The translations under genes and the position numbers were made by a program. A model generated the notes under the pieces. It ran no database searches and had not been told where the DNA came from. It worked only from the letters and a program-made list of their open reading frames with translations. Below, in pieces: positions 12,174 to 22,308 of a stretch of 64,000 nucleotides of DNA (position 1 is the first letter of the stretch; each line of letters starts with the position of its first letter). The stretch lies in the IMG/VR virus record IMGVR_UViG_2061766007_000502; one strand, given 5' to 3'. This DNA comes from an uncultured virus (IMG/VR IMGVR_UViG_2061766007_000502) (Duplodnaviria > Heunggongvirae > Uroviricota > Caudoviricetes).

Positions 12174-13509
12174 ATGAAATATAATATATTGAATGAAGAT
12201 TTTTTTGATGATGAAGAAATAAATAATGATATTTAGAATGAATTGTCATCAGATAAAAATAAATTGTCATCAGATAAAGAAGATGATGATGATGTGTTGT
12301 TATCATTAGAAGATTTATANNNNNNNNNNNNNNNNNNNNNCATTCCAATTTGAATACAAATTCAACAGAGATGAAGATGTCAGCAAATTCAGTAATTCTA
12401 TTTATTTGCAGAATATTCTAAAGCAGTTTGTAACATATGTCAATTCATTGTCATTCATTAAAGAAGGATATATATTATTCTCTGTGTATTCTGTTCCGCT
12501 GTTAATGAGTTGCGGAAATGATATAGATAAAATAAAGAAATATAGCGGTGGGTTCTCATCGGAACAGTTATTGACGAAACCGAGAATTATAAATGACAGA
12601 ATTAACAATGTTATTGAAGAAACGCTTAACTTGAATATAGAAATCAAAGAACTTGGTGTTTATATATCATGTAGTATTTATTTTAATGCTATGAAAATTG
12701 CACCAAAGAGATATGATAGACTTGTTAATGAGTTTATGGGACTTTGCAATATATGGAACAGATTGCCGGATCTTGCATGGGTTATCAGCGAACAGTCCAA
12801 TGCAAGATTCCTATATAAGCATAATACTAAAGAGAAAGATTGTAATTTTATATGCAATCAAAATATAAAAGATAAAATCCCGCAATATATTGTACAAAAA
12901 TTCTTATGTAATCTATTCCGTTGGGATCTGAATGAAATAAAAACCGGAGTCTGTTATAATTGTCCGACAGGAATCAAAAAAGTGATTAGCACATTATGTA
13001 TAGACAAGTCTGTGTATGATATGTCTCTTATGGGGTACTATCAGGATGATAATGACAGGGGTGTGAGTATAATGATTGTTTTCAAGTATAACGGTTTCAA
13101 AGATGAAAAAAACAATACTACCAAAGCAATCAGTAAATATATTACTAATATACTCAACAGTCTCAATGAATATCAGATGGGTTCTATAATAAGGCTTACT
13201 GTTAATGTTGAGTTTTACTTTATATGTGATAAACAAACTCTTCCTGTTTCAGAACATAAGTTTGATTATGAAAACTATAAATAGACATCGAAGTATTTTG
13301 TCAAATTGCGTACAAACAAGCAAGAATATAATAACAATATACATTTCAGTGCGTTTTTCCTTGATGAGTATTATAGATTGTTTCCGGATTCATATTGTAA
13401 AGACAGATATGCCAGGTATGATGACATCATAAGAATGACCAAAAATAATATCTGGAAAGATGATGCTGATGCATGGATGAAATTGACAAAAGGGAATTGT
13501 ATTATCTGA
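12174..13509 (+). CDS. NEDYF-leader family protein 6 (one N gap)
   Basis: MKYNILNEDFFDDEEINNDI; ORFs 12406 and 13306 are in frame via TAG 13282; C-terminal similarity to protein 5. Confidence 0.75.
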
Positions 13510-13510
13510 T

Positions 13511-14626
13511 ATGAAATTAAATGAAGACTATTTTGATGAGATTGAAATAACCGATGATGATTTGAGTGTTGAGCAGACTGATGAAAACTATCAGTATTCT
13601 CTAATCATACAGTTCAAGACGCAGACAGGAACAAGAGAATAGAGACTCTTTGTCCCACACACTCCGTTTGCCATGATATACAAGAACTTCATCAATATAT
13701 CAGATAATATGATATGTTTTGAAAAAGTCAAACCGGTGTTCAAGTTCATTATAGAAAACCCGAAAAATAACACACCATACACTAATGAATATACCAGGGA
13801 AGACAGCACGAATCAAATGAATGAGTATATTACTCAGTTGTTTGATGTTAATATAGAACGCACTAATAGTTTCTTTAAAACAATCTCGTCAGAATTCCAG
13901 TATATGTTGTCTTTTGATATTTACGGTCATTCTAAAACAAGGGATTTTATTCATGATATGACAATCCTGAGTAAATGGCTCAGGTTTGTACGAACACATA
14001 TGTTGTCTATCGATAAATATCATGATTTTAATATCATATCATTCAAATTGATGTGTAAAGATAAAGTGGAATTTGAACACGTTTTTAATTTTAATGATAT
14101 ATGCGTGTATAATGAAATACCAATCGAATTGTATAGTAAATTGTATGAGATTGTGCTGGGATTCAAATAGAATACATCTAAAATGAAAAGTACAACAAAG
14201 AACTTCAGAAGTACTGATAATGCAGTAGAGAGAATAATAGATCAGGTGTTTATTAAGGCAAATAAAGATAAATTGTTTAGTAGTATCAATATTTCCAAAG
14301 ATTTTTCATATAGATATGCTGTTTCAGTCGGAATATTGAAAGTAATGGACAAAAGGTATAATGATGCGAAAACACTTGCTGAGTATATATCTGAACAGAT
14401 AGACAGGTTGTTAAGTCATTCGGATAAACTGAATATTCTGCATTACGGCAAATATGACAAGAGAGAGATTATTATCAACGTTTATTACAATCAGGCTGAT
14501 GAAAATATGATTTCTAAATGTAAGGAAATAGAAAGAACAAGCATTACATACAAATTGAATAACAATGCATATAACTTATGCGAGATTGATTTTTGTATAA
14601 GAATATTTGAAAATCCGATATCATAA
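13511..14626 (+). CDS. NEDYF-leader family protein 7
   Basis: MKLNEDYFDEIEITDDDL; in frame with ORFs 13673 and 14183 via TAGs. Confidence 0.8.
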
Positions 14627-14627
14627 A

Positions 14628-14668
14628 AAAAACAACTGCTTTGAATCAAATCAAGGCAGTTGTTTTTG
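14628..14668. terminator. Bidirectional terminator
   Basis: AAAAACAACTGCTTTGA...TCAAGGCAGTTGTTTTT between convergent genes. Confidence 0.75.
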
Positions 14669-14697
14669 AATTTGTAGTAAATCAACCAACAAGATGA

Positions 14698-14880
14698 TTA
14701 TTTGTCAGTGAATACATGTATTAAGTACCACACACATGCGCTGATGACAGCGACAAGCGTTACCCAGTGAAATACATTCCACTTATCAACTGTTGTCAGC
14801 CAGAGACTGGCAAAGATAGCAGCAGCACACACACTGAACTTGATTACGTTCTTTTGATTGCGGGTTAGGTTTAATTTCAT
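14698..14880 (-). CDS. Small membrane protein (two hydrophobic helices)
   Basis: 60-aa ORF with two hydrophobic segments and an AT-rich leader. Confidence 0.7.
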   Translation of the reverse strand: MKLNLTRNQKNVIKFSVCAAAIFASLWLTTVDKWNVFHWVTLVAVISACVWYLIHVFTDK

Positions 14881-14944
14881 AATTTTTAAAATTTAGGTTT
14901 TTGTAAAATATTTATTTAGAAAAGTAGAATTATATAAACATTTT

Positions 14945-15613
14945 TTAATTCATAGGAACTTCATTCTCAACTTTCTGATCGACTTCATGTTCCATCATGA
15001 ATGATGCATAGTGGTCTGCCAGCATCACTATCTCTACAAGCGGAACATCGTTTATAGCACTCATCATCGCATTCTTGCAATACGGACTGAGATACATTCC
15101 TGGATCAGACAGTCCCATATGCCAGCGTATTGCACACTGCTCATGACCGTACAGTTTCAGTCCGAGAGTCAGAAGCATGATAACACTCTTTTCTCCGTGT
15201 CCCATCGGGAAACTATGGTCATCTATCGTATATGTAGCATATCTGTGCCAAGAACCGTAGTCGTCCTTGTACATCTTCGTAGTCGGTTTATAGAAGTTGC
15301 ACTTGCATATGTCATGGAGAAGCGTCGAAATCAGTATTGATTCTTGTGAAATGCTGTCAAGATGCTTTTCTGGTAATGACATATCTTTCAGACTGTCATA
15401 TATCCTCTGTGCTGCTTTATATACATTGAGAGAGTGTGCAAGTAAGCCACCTTGACATGAATTGTGGTAGATTGTGGAACTCGGAGCAGAAAAGAAGTCT
15501 GACTTGTTGGAAAGCCAGTCTATGACGTTTTCTATTCCCTGACGATTGGTAGACTGAAGCAATGAGATGTATTCAGTCTTGTAAGACTGTAATTGTTCTT
15601 CTGTAAATGTCAT
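14945..15613 (-). CDS. HD-domain phosphohydrolase
   Basis: APSS..YH...GGLLAHSLNV, LLHDICK, GHGEKSV, AIRWHMG, LAD motifs. Confidence 0.9.
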   Translation of the reverse strand: MTFTEEQLQSYKTEYISLLQSTNRQGIENVIDWLSNKSDFFSAPSSTIYHNSCQGGLLAHSLNVYKAAQRIYDSLKDMSLPEKHLDSISQESILISTLLHDICKCNFYKPTTKMYKDDYGSWHRYATYTIDDHSFPMGHGEKSVIMLLTLGLKLYGHEQCAIRWHMGLSDPGMYLSPYCKNAMMSAINDVPLVEIVMLADHYASFMMEHEVDQKVENEVPMN

Positions 15614-15702
15614 ATTTATATTCTTCTTGTTAAATGATTATCTGTTATTTTCCTCAAATTATATTGGTTATCTTCATGGATGTTTTATTTTTCTTTGAAA
15701 AT

Positions 15703-15730
15703 GAGTGCCGTCAGTTACCTAACGGCACTC
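15703..15730 (-). terminator. GC-rich hairpin closing the omega-RNA unit (terminator or IS end)
   Basis: GAGTGCCGT/ACGGCACTC stem followed by T residues on the minus strand. Confidence 0.55.
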
Positions 15731-15754
15731 TGAAACAACAATTAAGTTGTAATG

Positions 15755-15975
15755 CAGGTTCAGAGAACCTGTTAAGCGCCCATCGCCAATGTTATAGAAC
15801 GGTTTTCGCAAGCAACACCGTTGCTTTCGCAACTTTTAATCACTTACCGCAGTTGTCACGGAACTTGGACGAACATTCCGGAGTGCCTATATCATTCGTT
15901 CCTAACGTAGTCCCGCCCAACCGGGACTCAGGCTAATCCACTATCCGCGTCTATTAGGGACTATTGCGGATAATC
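15755..15975 (-). ncRNA. IscB-type omega RNA (HEARO-like) with no adjacent iscB ORF
   Basis: Minus strand shows the HEARO-like block order GATTAGCC, GACTACGTT, ATAGGCAC, GGAATG-CGTCCAAGTTCC, CTGCGG, GTGATTAAA, GTGTTGC, AAAACC, ATAAC, TTGGCGATGGGCGCTTAAC, with a 5' stem ATTATCCGC/GCGGATAGT. Recognised by eye, not by a covariance model. Confidence 0.8.
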
Positions 15976-16005
15976 AAATCTTGTTATTAGTTTTTTGGAT
16001 TGCTG

Positions 16006-16013
16006 CAAAGATA
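16006..16013 (-). promoter_or_regulatory. Bacteroidetes housekeeping -7 promoter element (TAnnTTTG)
   Basis: TATCTTTG(CA) ~30 nt upstream of the omega scaffold; no clear -33 box. Confidence 0.6.
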
Positions 16014-16210
16014 GTGATTTATTTCAATTATAGAAAATAATCAGTGATAATTATAACAAGATTTAACAAAAAAGAAGACATATAATAGCATGTCTTCCTT
16101 TTTATTTTTTTAATAAAGGATTTGAAATAGGAACAGTTAAGTTATTATCCATATATCAAAATATAACAGAAGTGAACTATCATTATCAAAAATGGTAGTT
16201 CACTTGGCAA

Positions 16211-19200
16211 TTATTGCAGATTGTTTCTGTTTTTATTTTTGCTCTATGCTCTGTCTCTTGCTGTATTAGCTCTTTCAAGTGTGGCTTCGTCAACCGGTCT
16301 GATAGATGCTAAAAACTAATTTCTCTCAGGCTGTTCGATGACAGGCATCTTCATTCTTCCACGTTTCATCATGGTCGGCTGTTCAATCACATTCATCTTC
16401 ATCTGCTTCTTGACGTCTTTGAGAGTATCTTCCATGATATTGGCAAGTTTTACAAGATTCTCCATTGATGAGTCTTTGAGTGAATCTACGTCGATGCTTG
16501 TCAGATTGTCAATCTGCTTTTTGAGCCTTTCCGTGACACTGATAGAGTTGTCTATGATGTGTTGAGAGTTGTCTATGGTATTCAAAGACTGCTTGACTTT
16601 TGCATCATTGTCTATTATTCCCTCACCCATTGTGTATTTAGGCTATGAAGACTTGGTATTTATGTCTTGCATCGTCATAGGAGTCTTAGTCTTGCTCTGT
16701 TCATTAAGAGTCTTCAGTTTCTGCTGTTCTGCATAAAGACTGTCATATTCGCCATAAGGCTTTTCATATGTGTCTTCAATCTTCTTCATGGAGAACTCTG
16801 TGTTATACTCCTGTTCACGAAGATTCTGCATAGTCTGTTCAGGGAGTTTTCCGTTATCCTGAATATCTTGCATCTTCATATCAGTCATAGCATCAGTTTC
16901 TATGATATTCTGCATAGGAGCATCAGAAGGTTTTTCACTGTCTTCAAGTTTTCTCAATGTCATATCAGCAGGTTCTTCCGGCTCTACAAGTTTGACATCT
17001 TTCATCTCAAATTCATATTCTTCGTCATCTTCTATATAGACCATATCCATCTTTGCTGGCTCTTCTGGTTCCTTCATCTTGACCTTGAGCATTTCAAATT
17101 CATACTCACTGCCAGTAACATCTTTCATGACCATATCATCCGGCTGTTCCGGCTCTATCAGAGTGACATCTGTCATCCTGTTAGTCTTTTCATCATTGAT
17201 TTCAAGAGGTCTCATATCAGCATTATCAGGAGTGATTGCTTCTTTTATTGAAGGAAGTTCTTGTTCAGCCTTATCAACATTATTGATTATACCGCTTAAC
17301 TCATGCTCATGCTTCTCATTAGGTTCATTCTGCCCGACAAACTGCATCTGACTTCTGTCAGTGTTAATAACAGGTTCAGTCATATTGACATCTGCTTTGA
17401 AACCATCTATAATCTGTTCCTGCATGTTCTGCTTGCCGTGAACATCTTGAATAATTGCTTCATTCATATTGAAGTTTTTAGCCGGAGCAGAACCAGTGAT
17501 TTCCACATTAGTAAAGAGAGCATCATGACCGATACTATTTGTACCGCTCATCTGCTGTTCAGGTTTTTTCAGAGCATTATTGATGATACTCATATTCTTA
17601 GTCTGTTTCCTGGTGCTATCTTCTATTTGATTCATATTCTGCTCAGGCAATGCTGTATTATCCTTGATTCCGGTCATTTCCTGTACAGAGTTCTTTTCAT
17701 CATTGAAATCCGGTTTGACATACTCCATTTCATATTTGTGCTCATCATTGATGATACCTGACATCTCCATAGTGTCCTTGTGTGTGTCCTGAACAAGTTC
17801 CGTCATTTCCATTTGAGAATGTGCAGTATTCATAATTTGCTTTTGGAATTCCATATCAGTCTTATGTGTATCACTTTCCTGTTCAATCAAATCCTGTTTA
17901 GTCTTATGCTCATCAAAGATTACAGAAGACATCTCCTGATTATGGTTAGACTTGATATTGAGTTCTTGAGGAATCATCTCTTGTTTAGTTTTAGAGTCAT
18001 TCATCACAGTCTCTACCATTTGCTGTTCGTATTTTGACAGGTCTAACTCCTGTGGTATCATGTCTTGCTTAGTCTTATGTTCATCTATGATTGTATCTAT
18101 TAACTCTTGCTTATATTTCTTGAGATTCATTATCTGCTTGACAAGTTCCTGCGGCGCTTTCTCATTATTAAGAATCATTTCCATAAGCTCTTGCTGATAA
18201 TGCTCAAGATTCTGTATTAACTCTACGAAGTCTTGATGCTTGAGTTCTGTATTCATATTAATAGGAATCAGTTCTTGTTCGGATCTTGATAGATTAAGGA
18301 CAAGATTAGTGAGATTCTGCATTATCTTAGACAGATTGAATCTTAACCCGCTCATCTGCATCTCAGTCTTATCAAGATTGAAATCCATATTCATGAACTC
18401 TTGAGTGAATTTGTCAAGGTTTATGATGACAGTCTGTAACTGCTGCTGAGGTCTGTCGAGATTCTATATCATGTTCTGGAACTCCTGAGTTGGCTTCTCA
18501 AGATTAGCATACAGATATATGAGTTCATGCTGTAGTTTGTTTAGGTTCTGTGTGAGTTCCACAAACTACATATCCGGTTTATTAAGATTCTGTATGATGT
18601 TAGAAAGACTCTAAGTGATATGTTTAATATTGAAGTCTAAAGGAATGAGAACCATATCCGGCTTGACTGTATTCTGGACAATGGATATAAGGTCTTGACT
18701 TGGAAGTTCTATGTTCATATCAAGAGCAATAAGAGTCTGTTCAAGTTGTACAAGATTCTGTTCTATCTTAATGAGTTCCATATCCGGAAGTCTCTCTGTG
18801 TCAGTATCAAGTTCCCTAAGATTCTGTTCAGGAATCTCCGTACTGATTAATTCAGTCTCCATTATCTCGCTTTGTCTGTCAAGATTCATATCAAGAGGTC
18901 TTAGTTCTTCAGTAGGTTTCTCGACATTCTGTATATAACCCGGATTCACAATCTCAGATTGAGTCTTGTCATTAATCTGAAGTCTGTAATTATTGAGTTG
19001 TGCAAGAAGTTCGGCAATCCTGATTCTCATATCATTCCTCATTCCGTCTACATCCATTCTAATCATATGTCTATTGGTATAATAGAGATATGTAGAATAG
19101 TCAAGTCTCATCAAGTCGTTCCTGAAATAGTATCTGTCAGGAAGTCTTGAGTCTCTGATTACAGTGGTATTCGCAGTTATAATGGATTTGAATGCGCTCC

Positions 19201-20593
19201 AAAGGTCTTTAAGACTATTGATGACATATGCTTCGTCAGTAACTGTCGCACGGTGCCATGTATTGTCTATCGGAAGGTCTAACTGAGAACGCCCGTATAC
19301 AAGATCGTAATTATCATCATCACCCTTGTCACCGGCATAGTGTGTAATAGGTATGCTGTTGAAATTAGAGTCATAAGCCTTGTACTCATCGGAGAGCATA
19401 AAGAATCTCTGCATCCAGTTGTATCTCCAGTCAGGATAGTTCTCATCGACTCTGTCAGTCCTGAAGTTATGCTCAGAAGCAGACTGCAAGTCCCAAGCAT
19501 ACTTGACTCTCTGCATAAGCATATCACTCCAGTATGCATGTACGTTCTTTACCTTGATGTCTATTGTAGGTTGATTGTTCTTAACATCAAACGCATCAAC
19601 AGAATATTCAGATTCGATATGACTGTTGATTACAAACTCGCACGGACTGCATTCAAGAGCAAGAATAGGGAAATCAAGTTGCTCAGTAGAGAACTGACCG
19701 TTGCCCATCTGGAGAATGCGGTTGTCAAATATATAGATAATCATCCTGAAGTACCTGTATATGTCAGGAAGTTCCCATCTCTGCCACAGGTCATTCCAAG
19801 CTGCGTTTCTGTAAAGATGCATTAAGTGGAATATCTTCTGGTCTATTCCGTCAGAAAGACATGACAACTGTATGGTAGTGTCAGTCTTCACTCTTTGACC
19901 GAGAGATATGTCATGGTCCATAAGTTTGGAAACACCCGATATTTTCTGAAACAGATAAGGAAGGTCTTTCTGTATGGTATAGAATCCTTCTATGAAGTCT
20001 TTTATGAACTGAGCACGTCTGTCTTCGTTTCTGTTTAACAGGAAATTGTATGCATTGTATGTGGTCTGATCATTGAATCTCATATTCCCAGGATTCTGAA
20101 AATTCAAATCAAACAAACCCATAGGGAACTAATCATAGTTGGCATTGATTACACTGGAAGAATATGATGATTTCTGAATAGCACGGATAGTGCTCATATC
20201 GGATATGCTTCCACCCCATTCTCCGAACTCTATCTTGAAACTAAGATGTGTCGGATCCTCGAAGCCTGGTGCGAATACGTCATTAGCAGAAGTAGTACCC
20301 CATTCATTACCGAAGCGGAATCTCTTCAGAATCTCAAGACCGTTCATGAAACGACCGGCGTCGAGAATCTGAGACTCAGAGTCTGTCAGTGCCGGTGAGT
20401 CGCCGTAATATTTCTGACTTGTCCCGTTATATGCACCGATGAGTTTCTGCATCCAACCGGAAAGACCGCTGGATGAACTGTTGTCACTACGCCTGTTGTT
20501 GTTCGATGTGTTTGTATTGTTCCGGTTACTGTTCAACAGTGCTCTTGCTGTCTTAGCATTACCGTTTTGTAAACCAGTTAGTTTTGTTGCCAT
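16211..20593 (-). CDS. Large (~1460 aa) putative virion protein: globular N-domain followed by long Q/M/E-rich ~14-aa degenerate repeats
   Basis: Four track ORFs in one frame joined only by TAGs; TAA at 16211-16213; downstream of the neck-like gene. Function is inferred from context. Confidence 0.7.
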
Positions 20594-20614
20594 AATTGAT
20601 GTCAGAAATAATGA

Positions 20615-22162
20615 TTATCTTGCCGGTGATATGAACGGCTTTCCGTCTTTTACGTTTGGTGCATCTACAAGAATCATCTTGGATGCGTTTCTTGATATTT
20701 CACTAAACATATCCTGCTCATACTTATCTTCGATAGGATATTCATTTTCATATAAGCGGATATTTCTTATATTCAGCGAAGTCTCCATGCCCTTTATTAT
20801 CAGAGACTCGAAATCGAACTCTCCGGCATTTGTAGCAGATTTATATTCATTATCAAGAATATTATCCATGAACATCTCTCCTGTTCCACTGCAGTTGATT
20901 TGTGAGATTATTGCTCTCAGATTGTTAGGGGAGAAGTCAATGCACATATAACTCCACTTTGTGAAATCCGGCTGTTTCTTGAAGGTTATGTCTTTTTTGA
21001 TATTTCCAAACTTTACGTGAATCTGTGCTTCGTCTGGAGATATGTTAATGAACATAGAGTCATTGTCAGATGAAATGATATTGAACTGTGAAGACTTGTT
21101 TATCTTGAAAGAGCCAGATTCATACCAGTTGGAGAGTTTCTTTGATAGTCTTGACATATCAGAATACTTAAAGCGGATTCCGAGTGTCTGCTCATTCGGC
21201 AATTCAACCACTTCTCCCTATACGGTGATTAGTCTTCCTCTCTTTAGAGTTATAATGTCACCTACACTCATCTTCATCATAGTACCAATCTTGAAGTACC
21301 AGAATTTCTTGTCTTTGTGATAAAGGAACAGACTCTTTACATTATACTCTTTTACGGTAGTGTCATCATCAGACCTGAACCAGCATGTGAATATCCAGTG
21401 AGTTCTGTCTGAATCTATATAGTAGTGTGCCGGAACATGATATACAACATCCTAAGAAGCAATACTGAAATTATAGTATGCATTCGAGATTATATTGCCG
21501 TGAGGACCGACGAGCGGATCGAATGTCACACAGTCAAAGTCAAAGTCTTTCAAAGGATCAGTATAAGTAGTGTGGTTGTATGATGTCTCTTCTTCAGCAA
21601 CTGCATCAGCAACTTCATTTGAAATCGTCTCACCGAACAACTCTTCTTGTGATACGGTAAGTTCATCTATTGATAACTGCAATTCTTCTGTTGTACGGCG
21701 AGATGCAGTAGGATTGTACTTAGATAACTGACATTTGTAATATGTTGGCATAGATGCTATTGAATACATAACCTGTGAAGACCTGACCTCAAACAATTTA
21801 TGGAGAATCTTGATATATACGACATCACCCTGCTACGGCATAGAATTATCACCGAATGTCTTCTTCCAGTCATCTACCGTGACATTGACTTCAAGCGGAG
21901 AGTCATAGTTCACGCCGAATAAATCTATCGTATAGTTTCCGGGATTGTAGTCACCATTAGTAGTAATAACCTTGATTTGTTGCGGACATTCTACACCTAT
22001 GTTAGTTAATGTATATTCCTGAAGCACAACATCTTCAGAATTCGGTTCAGGTGTGGCTCTGCACCATAAAGTGTCAAGACCGATTATCTCTGCTGCCGAA
22101 TTCTGTATCTATGTTAATATATTATAGGCTGAAGCAGCCATTTCTTGTATGTTCAATGCCAT
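20615..22162 (-). CDS. Neck protein, T4 gp14-like, with C-terminal extension
   Basis: Single frame with TAG read-through; DLFG...W..TFG...PQQGDVVYI...LFEV...YYKCQL resembles the gp14 pattern. Confidence 0.6.
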
Positions 22163-22308
22163 TGTCAAAATGAAATGTCCATTTATATTGTATTTATTTT
22201 GCCTATGTTGAAAAGTACGGAAAAGAAAGTATTTTTTTGATTTTTGGACAAAATTACTTGAAAAATACAATAAATAAATTAAATTATAAAACTCAAAAAA
22301 TCAAACAG

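Noticed and set aside
2603..14626. Diversity-generating retroelement behind the paralog family
   Set aside because: No reverse transcriptase or adenine-specific TR/VR pair is seen; divergence spans whole genes.
15634..15936. 100-aa + strand ORF, or RNase P RNA/tmRNA
   Set aside because: The ORF is antisense to the omega-RNA motifs; the RNase P GAGGAAAGTCC motif and tmRNA tRNA-like ends are absent.
16338..20951. Numerous + strand ORFs opposite the large minus-strand genes
   Set aside because: Antisense shadows of repetitive coding sequence with no motifs.
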